Shown here one piece after another: positions 1-12,999 of a stretch of DNA of 64,000 nucleotides. The position numbers and the translations under genes are program-made. The stretch comes from Octopus vulgaris (Eukaryota). The first letter of the stretch is position 1. Every line of letters starts with the position of its first letter. The notes under the pieces were generated by a model. It worked only from the letters and a program-made list of their open reading frames with translations. It had not been told where the DNA came from and did not search any database. The stretch covers positions 65,472,001-65,536,000 of the forward strand of contig OX597821.1 of the NCBI GenBank assembly GCA_951406725.2, read 5' to 3'.

Positions 1-425
<425 letters not shown>

Positions 426-433
426 CTGTGACT

Positions 434-697
434 GCGCATGGCTTAATGGTTAGGGTGTTTTGGTTCACGATCGTCTTGGTCGTGTGTTCCATTCCTGGCG
501 GCGAGTTTTGTCCTTGATCAAGTTTCTTAGTTTCATGTTGTTCCAGTTCATTAAACTAGTGAATATCAGTAGCTCCTGTAATTCAAATGGTTAATCTTGT
601 CACATTCTGTGTCACGCTGACTCTCCCGGAAAACTACGTTAAATGTACGCGTGTTTGTGGAGTGCTCAACCACGTGCACACTGATCCATTAATCGGA
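434..697 (+). mobile_element. tRNA-derived SINE (family D here), diverged
   Basis: Head gcgcatggcttaatggttaggg; body ctgtgtcacgctga...aactacgttaa...tgtggagtgctca shared with copies at 23135, 30700 and 51235. Confidence 0.7.
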
Positions 698-728
<31 letters not shown>

Positions 729-737
729 ATGTATGTA

Positions 738-768
<31 letters not shown>

Positions 769-978
769 ATTCATGTATGTATGTATGTATGCATTTATGT
801 ATTTATGTGTGTAACAATGAAAAACGAGTATCGACAAGTTTTTGACAAGGGAATTAATCCAGTGTTTCATACGTAAATAATTAATGAAACAAATATATTA
901 ATTAATCGAAACATCTTAACTCGCTACGTTCTTCCCTCAATTTTTCGTCTTTCATTTCTTTCCACTCATCAGCTCTTC

Positions 979-1043
<65 letters not shown>

Positions 1044-1075
1044 TTCTCTCTATCTGTCTATCTATGTATCTATCA
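979..1075. repeat. (CTAT)n microsatellite
   Basis: Direct inspection. Confidence 0.95.
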
Positions 1076-1332
1076 ATCAATCTTTCTTTCACTCTTTCTT
1101 TCTTTCTTTCCACTGCACTCTCTCTACTCATTACAGCGTGCTGTTGTTTAAAAACCACCAGCTAGCCACTCATTTAACGCAGTATCGATCCTTGCATGAT
1201 GTGTCCATATCGGTATATTGACTCTAATTGAACACTTCATAAATTCTTGTGTTCTCGCTGGAAATCTCGTAAATGGCTGCATGACCGCAAATATGTAGGA
1301 AGCTCAACGAGAACAAGGTCAGCATATATTGA

Positions 1333-2085
1333 TTTCTTCTTCTTCTTCTTCTTCTTCTTCTTCTTCTTCTTCTTCTTCTTCTTCTTCTTCTTCTTCTTCT
1401 TCTTCTTTTATTATTATTATCATTATTATTATTACTATTATTATTATTATTATACTTCTTCTTCTTCTTCTTCTTCTTCTTTTTCTTCTTCTCCTTCTTC
1501 TTCTTCTTCTTCTTTTTCTTTTTCTTCTTCTTCTTCTCCTTCTTCTTCTTCTTCTTCTTTTCTTCTCCTTCTTTTTCTTCTCCTTCTTCTTCTTTTTCTT
1601 CTTCTTCTTCTTCTTCTTCTCCTTCCTCTCCTTCTTCTTCTCCTTCTTCTTCTCCTTCTTCTTCTTCTTCTTCTTCTTCTTTTTCTTCTTCTCCTTCTTC
1701 TTCTTTTTCTTCTTCTTCTTCTTCTTCTCCTTCTTCTTCTTCTTCTTCTTCTTCTTCTTCTTCTCCTTCTTCTCCTTCTTCTTTTTTCTTCTCCTTCTTG
1801 TTCTTTTTCTTCTTCTTCTTCTCCTTCTTCTTCTTTTTCTTCTCCTTCTTCTTCTTTTTCTTCTTCTCCTTCTTCTTCTTCTTCTCCTTCTTCTTTTTCT
1901 TCTCCTTCTTTTTCTTCTCCTTCTTTTTCTTCTCCTTCTTCTTTTTCTTCTCCTTCTTTTTCTTCTCCTTCTTCTTTTTCTTCTTCTCCTTTTTCTTTTC
2001 TTCTTCTTCTTCTTCTTCTTCTTCTTCTTCTTCTTCTTCTTCTTCTTCTTCTTCTTCTTCTTCTTCTTCTTCTTCTTCTTCTTCT
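1333..2085. repeat. (CTT)n polypyrimidine tract with internal (ATT)n
   Basis: ~750 bp of CTT/CCT/TTT triplets; source of the spurious poly-F/L/S/K/E ORFs. Confidence 0.97.
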
Positions 2086-3044
2086 CTCCCTCCCCTTCCA
2101 AATACTCCTCTAGTATAGCTATTGGCAATGTATGAAAACTGATTGTTACAGAAACAAAGGTTGGACTGCGAAGCACGTCAGGAACCAGCATGAAAGGAAA
2201 TCCATAAAATGATTGTTGGACAGAGGACGGGTCTCGGAGTTTCCCACCTTTAAACACGATTATTTCGATATTTCCATATTATTTGTTATTTTCTTTTGAT
2301 GGATTTCATACAGGATAAAATTGGCTAAGTCCATCTAGGCGAAATTATTAAATACCAAGGTGTATTTTTGTTCGAAACACTGATATTTGTTCAATTGAAC
2401 CTTGACATTAAGATATTAGTTAATATAAGTACTTATATGAAAGTACTCTGTGACTCAATTGGTTGTCGGAGTTATGTGTTTATGACTACGTGGATTAAGC
2501 AAATTTAAACACTGACCACATATCTACCTAATGAGAAAGAAATATCGATTATTTAACATCTGGAGAATCTTTACAAAGCACTGGATAGCGTATGGATAAG
2601 AGGATGACATTTTTTCGACTCATCCACCCAAGAGGATATAATAAATGACTAATTTGTCTTAGTCGGATTCGAACACAATATGTAGAAATAAAAAATACAG
2701 TTACACGAACTCAAACAGATATACTTGCGTATGTGTGCGTACGAGTTTGTGTACGCGCGCGTGAATTTAGTGCTAGTAAACTAAGTAACGTCAATACAAT
2801 ACCAGATTAGAGTAAAAATAAGAGTATAAATTATAGTGAAAGATTTCACCACAAAAGCCTTCGATTTCCTTTCAGTAAACTAAAGGCAATAACAGAAGTC
2901 GAGATGCCAATGGTGAGATGTTTGACTGTTATCTATACTATAATGAAGAAAGTTACTTGTTAATTAGTTTGTAGTATGCAACTACAAGAAAGCAATTATT
3001 AAATGCCGCAATGCCTCGAAAATTCTTATAAATTCCAATTTTAA

Positions 3045-3310
3045 TATACAAGGTATATTTTAGAAGGTTTGAGACTTTTTCAGGAGAGAAATTTAGTAAT
3101 TTTAAAGAAGCACATAATTCTAATCCCCTTCAAAGCAGAATCCTTCGAATTCAGTCAGTTCGTGAAGGCCTCATGGAGATCCTCTAAAGCCAAGGTGTCC
3201 ACAATTCTCATTACAGCCTCCTTCATCTCCTAAGTGTCTTTAAAACGACTACCCCGAAGTTTTCCTTCAGGTTGGAAACAACCAAAAGTCACTGGAAACG
3301 AAGTCACCAG
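3045..3310 (-). mobile_element. mariner transposase C-terminal remnant
   Basis: Minus strand reads DFVSSDFWLFP..LRGSRFKDT*EMKEAVMRIVDTLALEDLHEAF..FEG, matching the mariner SPDLAPSDFWLFP..YFEG region; stops and frameshifts present. Confidence 0.7.
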
Positions 3311-3767
3311 AGGCTCAAATACACTTAGGTTGCGGTTATTGAGCTCAACCATCCCCTTGCTGTTACTAGGGCACCATTCCTTCTGATCGGTACTGAGAAC
3401 CCTGGTAACAAACATCGCACAAATTTTGCGAGTGTTCTAATCTTCATAAATAATTATGTGTACAGTTGCCACACCAACTCCAAATTACATGTCTATTGTA
3501 TTTATAAGCATACGACGGTCTTCTTCCAGAAAATTGTGAATGACGACACACTGAGAAGCTACTTCTCAAACAGCGCTGATGTTCTGACGTTGTTCTCCCT
3601 GCCACGCGGTTCATCGTCTATCACTTTCTGTTTACCGTTCTTTAACATCATGGAGCAGCCAATAAATAAACAAATAAATAAATAAATAAATAAAATATAT
3701 ATATAAAATGAAAAACAGATGCTCGGCTCGTACAAACTAATCCATAAGCATTCTGGAGCATTTCATA

Positions 3768-4343
3768 TGTTTCTTATTTCTTTATTGCCCACAAAGGGCT
3801 AAACATAGAGGAGACAAACAAGGATAGACAAAGGCATGACTCTTTTATTATCGATGAATTTGACATAACGATTTAATCACAAAATTAATTTTTTATTCTC
3901 TGTTACGTAGTCATTGCGATACAACGTTTCTTATTTCTTTATTGCCCACAAGGGGCTAAACATAGAGTGGACAAACAAGGACAGACAAACGGATTAAGTC
4001 AATTACATCGATCCCAGTGCGTCACTGGTACTTAATTTATTGACCCCGATAGGATGAAAAGCAAAGTCGACCTCGGTGGAATTTGAACTCAGACGATAAC
4101 GGCCGACGAAATACCTATTTTTTTACTAACCACAAGGGGCTAAACACAGAGGTGACAAACAAGGACAGGCAAAAGGATTAAGTCGATTATTTCGATCCCA
4201 GTGCGTAACTGGTTCTTAATCTATCGACCCCAAAAGGCTGAAAAGCAAAGACGACCTCGGTGGAATTTGAACTCAGAACATAACGGCTGACGAAATACTG
4301 CTAAGCATTTCGCCCGGCGTGCTAACATTTCTGCCAGCTCGCT
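3768..4343 (-). mobile_element. tRNA-headed SINE family B, dimeric copy plus extra tail fragment
   Basis: Head gcgagctggcagaaatgttagcacgccgggcg; central ttcatcct..ggggtc.ataaattaagtacc (resembles the Meta-SINE domain); two body units. Confidence 0.85.
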
Positions 4344-4529
4344 GTCTTATTTTATATTGCTATACAACGTTTCTTAATGTCGTCGCTTATACTTTGGGAA
4401 ATATCGATTTTTCCAAAGTTACTTTCTACAGACATTCCTGTAAAACATTTCTTCAGATTATAAGTTTCATCAAACGCTTTAATTATGTTTATTGTGGTAT
4501 GCTCTTATTTTTGTTGAAAGCTAGGACTG

Positions 4530-5030
4530 TCTCGGTTGTTGTTTTGCAGCCATGCTGGGGCACGGACTTGAAATGTTTAGTACGTATTCTCTTTTTTAAA
4601 TGTGTTTAGTCAATCGGCGTCTTTTCCGAACGGCTTCAGTCGTCGACGGTTGTTGAGAGGTGGTGGCGGTGGGGGACCAAGTGGAAGAAACACACACAAA
4701 CACACACACGACACAAACACACAAACACACGCACACACATACATAAGCACACACATAAACACACACACGAACACGCACAAACATGCACACACAAGCACAC
4801 GCGCGCACACACAAACACACACACAAGCACACATACACACACAAATACACACACACAAGCACACACGCACATACACACAATGGGCTTCTTTCTGTTTCTT
4901 CCTACCGAATTCACTTACAAAGCTTTGCTCCGTGCGAAGCAGTGGTAGAAGGCACTTACCCAAGTAGCCCCCACCAGGACTGAAACCAGAACTATGTGGT
5001 TAGAAAACAGGTTGCTTAGCCCCACCCTAC
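4530..5030 (-). mobile_element. Old SINE family A copy with expanded internal CA tract
   Basis: Degenerate match to the copies at 11576 and 63575. Confidence 0.65.
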
Positions 5031-5797
5031 ATCAACCGCTACCACGGGCGTATTTATACATATTTCCAAAACACACACGCACATACATCCTACACACACG
5101 CATACGCACACATCAGCCACACCCACCCACCCACATACACATACACACACACATACACACTCGCACGCACACACACACATACACGTACACACACATACAC
5201 GCACAGGCACGCACATGCACGCACACATACGCCCCCTCACACACGCATACACACACATACACCCACACCCACCCACCTACATACACATACACACCCACAC
5301 ATACACACGCACACACACACGCGCACACACACATACACGCACACACATACATACACGCACACGCACGCACACATACGACCCCCTCATACACGCACACACA
5401 CACACAGCCACACACACTCGCGCCCATGTATCACACATACACACAGAGACACAGTCACACACACACACACACACACGTTTAGTGCTCCCCCCAAAAAACA
5501 CACACGCACATATAATGACCGAGAGAGCGAAAGCAATCTGCAGGTAATTATTGCTTGAATATTTTTGTTAGGCGGAATACAGGTAAGTTGGTTTATTTAT
5601 ATATGCCCGAGGCCTGAGATTTAAACGAAAACTAAAAAGGTGGCAACGGTCAAAGGTGGGGTGGGGCAGGGAAATAGATAACAGATGCGAAATAAGGGTT
5701 CCTTAGAGAGCTTTTAAGGGACGTTCTAGTATAAATATTGGCGAATTTTACCGAAAAAAAACACGAGCAAGAAGAAAAATCTCGTAGCAGTGTTTGC

Positions 5798-5838
<41 letters not shown>

Positions 5839-6088
5839 TGAGAGCACATACGTACTCTCTCTTTCTCTCTCTCCCTCTCAGTCACTCTCTCTTTCTGATT
5901 CACACACACACACACGCACACAAACACACGCACACACACGCACACAAACACACGCACACACACACATATACACACACAAAATTTCAATTCAGGAAGAAAA
6001 TAGTCAAGTTAATGTTTTGTCTGTATACGTATGCATATATGTATGTCTGTGTACGTGTGTGTGTGCGTGTGCGTGTGTGCGTGTGTGC

Positions 6089-6120
<32 letters not shown>

Positions 6121-6164
6121 GTGTGTGTGTGTGTGTATGCATTTACGTATATATGTATTTTTCA

Positions 6165-6383
6165 TTCTTTAATTCTTTTACTTGTTTCAGTCATTTGACT
6201 GCGGCCATGCTGGATCACCGCCTTTAGTCGAACAAATTGACCCCAGGACTTATTCTTTGAGAGCTTAGTGCTTATTTTATCGGTCGCTTATACCGAACCG
6301 CTAAGTTACGGTGACGTAAACACACCAGCGTCGGTTGTCAAGTGATGATGGGGGGGTAAACACAGACACACACACACACGCAA

Positions 6384-6458
<75 letters not shown>

Positions 6459-6600
6459 TGTGTGTATACACGACGGGCTACTTTCAGTTTCCATCTACCA
6501 AATCCACTCACAAGCTGTGGTATAAGACACTTGCCCAAGGTGCCACGCAGTGGGACTGAACCCGGGTTTATGTGGTTGGTAAGCAAGCTACTTACCACAC
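6165..6600 (-). mobile_element. SINE family A (tRNA head, CORE-like gtggcaccttgggcaagtgtc, internal microsatellite)
   Basis: Reverse complement of the 11576-11992 copy with a small internal deletion. Confidence 0.9.
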
Positions 6601-7600
<1,000 letters not shown>

Positions 7601-9518
7601 CCGAAGTACATGCACGCTGTTTTATGTATATCATGTTCTTCATGTTTAGTACATTTCGAAAAATATATCCAGTGTGTCTTTCCATCTCGCTGCTGGTTAC
7701 ATGGTTATATATTGATGACTTTTATAAAATGTGTCGTCGAGCTGTTTTACGCTGACAGTATAATTTCGACTGGAATTGGGTGACTTGGCGCGGCTGTTTC
7801 GTTGTCGATGATCTGGCGTGGCTGAGTAGGCAGGTTGCGTCTTTCGGTGACAGTGCATCACCTTAACACCCTAACATACACATACGCACGCACGTACTTA
7901 TGTGCAAATATACGTAGGCGCGTAGAGAATTATACACATATAGTTAGAGAAAGAGAGAGTGTGAAATAGAGTAACTTTATACATACAAACATAACTAAAT
8001 GTTTCCACACACAACCAGAGAGGGAGAAATAGGTAGACAAATAGAAACACAGAGACATATAGAGAGAATGAGAGAAGGTTTAAGACAGGAGAAACGTGAA
8101 AACGAGAGAAACATTAAAACGTCTAATGTCAAATAAGTCAGCGTCGAATAATTAACTCCAAATATGCAACGCCATAACAGCCCTGCCAAAACGGCTGGGG
8201 CAAAATGTCTCATATCCCGAATTCTTCGTTCGATCAATTGAACCACCAACTCATTGAATTGGCATGTAAGTGGCTGAGGATGCTACACATGATTCACAGG
8301 CAGAATCAGAGTCACGGTGTGTGTGTGTGTGTGATAGAGAGAGAGAAAGAGAAAGCGAGACATAGAGATAGATAGAGAGGGAAGGAGAGAGAGAGAGCGA
8401 GAGAGAGAGTGAGAGAGAAAGAGAGAAAGGGCTGCAGCTCTTGAATTAATGATAAAGTCGTCCATCTGATACGCTCCTATATAGTTGCGGTAGTATGTCC
8501 AATTTCACTAACAAGATTAATTCGTCAGAACGAGACAAATTGATTAATTGCACAAGAAAGAACGATTGAAATTACTGAGATGATCTTGGATTATCGCTGA
8601 TAATCTCGCAAACCAACCAGAGTTTTCGAGGCAAGAAAGTCCGTATAGTAAACCGCAAAAATAAAAAGAAAACTATTGAAAATGTTATCTGCCTAAGAAT
8701 CCAGACTGGATTTGCGAAGGGAACTTCTTAAAAGCGGCATGGCTCTCAAATTACTAGTTACTAATGCATTTTCAAAACAATTGTTGACATGCGCGCGAAT
8801 GTTTACGAAAAGAATCATCCAGCTCACTTGATTTTAGTGTAACGAAGTCAAGACCACTTGTATCACTGCCTCGTACAATGGCCGGAGGAAGTAATTTACA
8901 TTAATTTACGGGAGCACGTTCATTTGTTGCAATAGATCTTATATCAAATTCCCTTTGCTGCAATAAATTTTGCAACAATAAAAAAATATTCGCTGGAAGG
9001 AGAGGGGAATAGTATTGTTTTCATACACGGGACCTGTTGCGTTATGCGCTAAAGACTTCGAGATGATGGGTTGTGGCGGCCGGACTAAATACCGCAAGGG
9101 ATCCAGTTCGACGTCCTTAGTGCTCCATCAATGTACAACTCTGATTTGGTACATTTTTTTATCGACCCTGAAAGAATGAAAGGAGAAGCTGACCTCCAAG
9201 TGATTTAAAATCAGGGTGCAGAGAGTCGAGAAATACAAATTCATACTATCTGGTCTTAATTCGTCAGAATGTGACAAATTGATTTGAAAAAATGTAACTG
9301 AAATTATTGAGATCGTCTTGGATTATCTCTGATAATCTCGCAAACCAACCAGAGTTTTTTTTTGGGGGGGGGGGGGGCAAGAAAGTCCGTGTAGTAAAAC
9401 CGCAAATATAAAAAAACACAAAAACGAAAGTAACATGGACTTTCCTAATGATCTTGTTACTGATATTATTTACATTATTTACATTTGACGGATACTTGTC
9501 CTCATCTTGTTTGTTGTT

Positions 9519-9564
9519 AACACAACGTTTCGGCTGATATACCCTCCAGCCTTCATCAGGTGTC
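9519..9564 (-). ncRNA. Minimal type I hammerhead ribozyme motif
   Basis: GACAC-CUGAUGA-A-GGCUG(loop)CAGCC-GAA-ACGU-U-GUGUU: stem I, intact core, 5-bp stem II, palindromic ACGU stem III. Confidence 0.8.
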
Positions 9565-9648
9565 TTGGAGAAATTTCGAACCTGGGTTCTCATTCTTAAG
9601 GTTTTTTTCGATTTTATTATCATCATCATTATTATTATTATTATTATT

Positions 9649-10187
9649 GAGTGAGAGAGCAGTGCATGCCATCAAAGTGACACTGGGGTAAAATATACGA
9701 AGCCCAGTATACCCATCAGGACTACCCGTCTGATAAGGGTACACAAGGCACATGCATCACAACCATATGTGTGCGACATGGTGATCTCATATCAAGATAA
9801 ACAGCACATGACCTTGCAGATGGGGCCCAGTTAGAATTTTCGAGTAGCCCATTCCGCTCAAAAGGTCCCTGAATAAGGGTTGTTTAAGGATGTTGAATGA
9901 AACACCCATGTTTCCGAAGGTGAATTATCCAAACCTCTAAGAATTCCTTTCAACACATGGTTATGATGCTCCCCCACTACTTCTGCTCGTGATCAGAGAT
10001 GCACATATCGTCAGCCACTAAGGGACATGCTCAACTGGTTAAGGCCAAACAACTGGCAAGCAAATCTGTGGTATTGAGCAGAATATTTGCTATAGCCCAT
10101 CTTTTATACCAAGACAAAACAATGTACATGATAACACTTCTAATCAGTTAATATCAGAAGCCATGAGAGCCACTATCTGGTATTGCA
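9649..10187 (-). mobile_element. ~540-bp non-autonomous element inserted in (AAT)n
   Basis: (ATT)n on both sides; close reverse-complement match to 55167-55721. Confidence 0.8.
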
Positions 10188-10230
10188 TTATTATTATTAT
10201 TTTTATTATTATTTTTATTATTATTATTTA

Positions 10231-10302
10231 TGTCACTACCTGGAATCGAACTCGGAACTTAGGGTTAGTAGCCCTCGTTCTTAACCACTACGCCATATGC
10301 CC
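10231..10302 (-). promoter_or_regulatory. tRNA-like module with Pol III A box and B box in the PLE 3' region
   Basis: A box TGGCGTAGTGG (10295-10285) and B box GTTCGATTC (10251-10243); homologous copy at 55044-55102. Confidence 0.7.
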
Positions 10303-10310
10303 GTGGGCAA

Positions 10311-11100
10311 TTATGGAGTGAATTTTAGGGCTAATATTCTCCTATCCTTCCTTATTACCGGCTCCCATATGCTATTCATATATGCACTCGGTCTGCTTAG
10401 GAGGTTGTTGTGTCCTAGCATATGTGCAGCTTCTTTTAGTTTTCGTATTTTCCAGTGGTGTTCTCTGTCTATTATTTTAACTTCATCCCACAGGGGGAGG
10501 TGGTCTCCATTTTTCTATATAAATCAGCTATACCCGATTTAACAATATCTCCTCGTGTCACAGCTTTGTGATGTTCCTCTACCCTAATTTTGAGTGGAGC
10601 AGCATGTTTCGCCTTTGTATAACTTACCACAGCTGCATAGGATGGAGTACATGCAGTTTTTGGTCATATTCTCTTCCATTGGTGATTTTACTAGAAGGAG
10701 ATCTTTGCGAAGTGTTGTATTACGCTTGAATACTGTCCTGATGTCACATGAACCGAATATCATTTGTATCTTTTCGGAGAGGCCTTTCACATAGGGTTGA
10801 CAGACCGTAGACGGCTTATTCGTTTCATCCTCTCTTTTCTTCATAATTGGAGTAGATAGTATCTTTTTGGGGTAGTTGTTGCTTAATAGATTGTTACTGA
10901 CCTTGATCATTTCTTCATGGTGGGTATCACGATCGCTACTTATATTCTTTGCTCGATGTTTTAGGCACCGAGCAATCCCTCTCTTTACACTGTATGGATG
11001 GTGGGAATTGAAGTTAAGATATCGTCCAGTGAAGGTCGGCTTGCAGTATATGGATGTCCTGAATCTTTATTTGGTGCGTGTTATCAATACATCCAGGATG
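10311..11100 (-). pseudogene. PLE RT C-terminus plus GIY-YIG endonuclease, disrupted
   Basis: LDVLI..TSIYCKPTFTGRYLNFNSHHP..KRGIARCL..RA..NNYP..PYVKGLSEKI..CMYSILCSCGKLYKGET..RVEEH..WDEVKIIDRE..RKLKEAAH..SIWEPVI; TAA at 10313-10311; internal stop and frameshifts. Confidence 0.9.
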
Positions 11101-11575
11101 CTTTCTTTAAATTAAGACGTAGTATGTACTTCTTATTACTGATAATTAAGCACTGCAAATTAAATAATTGTCAACGCTGGCAAACGGAAAAGTTGATTCG
11201 ATTCACACAACTGAATGTCCGACCTATGCTGAGACAACTCCGTTGGCTATATTTCTTTTAAAGAAGTGTATTTACGTCGCATCCGAACTACATACCGCAT
11301 TCGTTACCATATTCAATCTAAAGACACCTCAGGCTTGCACATGTACGTTTCTGTTGTTTAAATCCAAAGACAAGAGAGAAATGTTATCAATCATACGTAG
11401 AAAACAGGGAAGACAACGTGAAATTTTAATGAAATAAATTTAGAAGATCGATGCTTGTAGGAAACAAATTCTTGTTTTTCTTCGTGGTATTGATGTCGTT
11501 GTCAATGATGATCAATCAAAGGTGCTGCTGTTACTATAACCGTGTAATTTTTTTTCCAGGTATACTATATGTATA

Positions 11576-11992
11576 GGCGTAGGAGCGGCTATGTGGTTAG
11601 TAGCTTGATTACGAACCACCTGGTTCCGGGTTCAGTCCCACCATGAGGCACCTTGGGCAAGTGTCTCTACTATAGCCTCGGGCCGACCAAAGCCTTGTAA
11701 GTGGATTTGGTAGACGGAAACTGAAAGAAGCCCGTCGTATATATGTATATATATATATGAGTGTATGTGTGTGTGTATGTTTGTGTGTCTGAGTTTGCCC
11801 TCCCAACATCGCTTGACAACCGATGCTGGTGTGTTTACGTCCCCGTAACTTAGTGGTTCGGCTAAAAAGACCGATAGAATAAGTACCAAGCTTACTAAGA
11901 ATAAATCCGGGGGTCGATTGGTTCGACTAAAGGTGGTGCTCCAGCATGGCCACATTCAAATGACTGAAAAAAGGAAAAGAGTAAAAAGAGAG
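11576..11992 (+). mobile_element. SINE family A, full length
   Basis: ggcgtaggagcggctatgtggttag..ggttcagtccc..gcaccttgggcaagtgtc..(TA/TG)..tail gactgaaa..gtaaaaagag. Confidence 0.9.
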
Positions 11993-12370
11993 TATATCTA
12001 AGATGACGGCGTATGCTTTTAGGTGGACTTATTAGACAAGCCAGCTTTCTTTAGCAAAGCGAGACGTATTGTGCACGAGATTTCCTCTCTGGTTCATTGT
12101 TATTGTTCCTCTTGTTGTTTTTGTTGTCTTCGTCGTCAATTCTGATGCTGTAGCCGTCATTGGTATTGTTGTTGTAGCTCGAAATATGTATTTTTAATAC
12201 AAATTCATTAATTAATTAGTCTGTGTTGAAGCCATAAACTTCTTTTATGTATGTGAGTATGTACTTGAGTGCGTGTGTGTGTATATATATATGTATGTAT
12301 ATGTATGTCTGTATACATATACAAACATACATAAACCTACATAGAGTATATATGTATATTCATACATATC

Positions 12371-12442
<72 letters not shown>

Positions 12443-12444
<2 letters not shown>

Positions 12445-12594
12445 ATATATCACAATTGCAGCGTGGAAGGTGTTTATAAGCCATTTTAGAAAGACACAAA
12501 ACCGTTAGATTCACTTCAACATTTAAATTTAATTTGTCAAAATATTTTCGTCGCTTTGAGACCGCAACCTGTTCACTGACAAAGCTTCGTGCTG

Positions 12595-12598
<4 letters not shown>
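12443..12598 (-). mobile_element. ~155-bp (TA)n-flanked element carrying a hammerhead-like motif
   Basis: Unique island between two (TA)n tracts. Confidence 0.6.
12533..12583 (-). ncRNA. Hammerhead ribozyme variant with G3:C8 core
   Basis: UUUGUCA-GUGAACA-G-GUUGC(loop)GCGAC-GAA-AAUAUU-U-UGACAAA: 7-bp stem I, 5-bp stem II, palindromic stem III. Confidence 0.65.
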
Positions 12599-12643
<45 letters not shown>

Positions 12644-12647
12644 GTTG

Positions 12648-12757
12648 TTTTTTCGTAATGAGATAAAAAAATCCAAGGGTGTGTAGATTTTAGAACATTT
12701 AAGTAAAGGTTCTAAAATCTACACAGACTTGGTTTTTTTAATCTCATTACGAAAAAA
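12648..12757. repeat. Inverted repeat / hairpin, ~48-bp arms
   Basis: ttttttcgtaatgagat..ccaag..tgtgtagattttagaac versus gttctaaaatctacaca..cttgg..atctcattacgaaaaaa. Confidence 0.9.
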
Positions 12758-12900
12758 AATTTTATATACACACGCTGACATATCACCGACGTTGAACCCC
12801 TTATTTGCATAATCACCTAACCTGGAACTTAACTATGCTCTATCTATAGCACTTATTCAGCATTACATGACACCTTTGGGCATCAATGCCTATGTATATA

Positions 12901-12999
<99 letters not shown>

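Larger units (their letters stand above)
9462..11105 (-). mobile_element. 5'-truncated Penelope-like element (Penelope/Poseidon type) with its 3' pLTR region
   Basis: RT thumb plus GIY-YIG ORF, then tRNA-like module, (AAT)n and hammerhead motif, all on the minus strand. Confidence 0.85.

Noticed and set aside
935-976. CUGAUGA...GAAA on the minus strand as a hammerhead
   Set aside because: Only a 2-bp stem II, no stem I pairing and no NUH in register.
1247-2257. Long ORFs of 268-312 aa
   Set aside because: They are translations of (CTT)n/(ATT)n, open in several frames on both strands.
5572-5582. 11-nt microexon (ttag|GCGGAATACAG|gtaagt)
   Set aside because: Expected by chance in 64 kb; no independent support.
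10231-10302. Functional tRNA gene
   Set aside because: The acceptor stem does not pair properly, there is no oligo-T terminator, and it is embedded in a repeat; treated as a tRNA-derived module.
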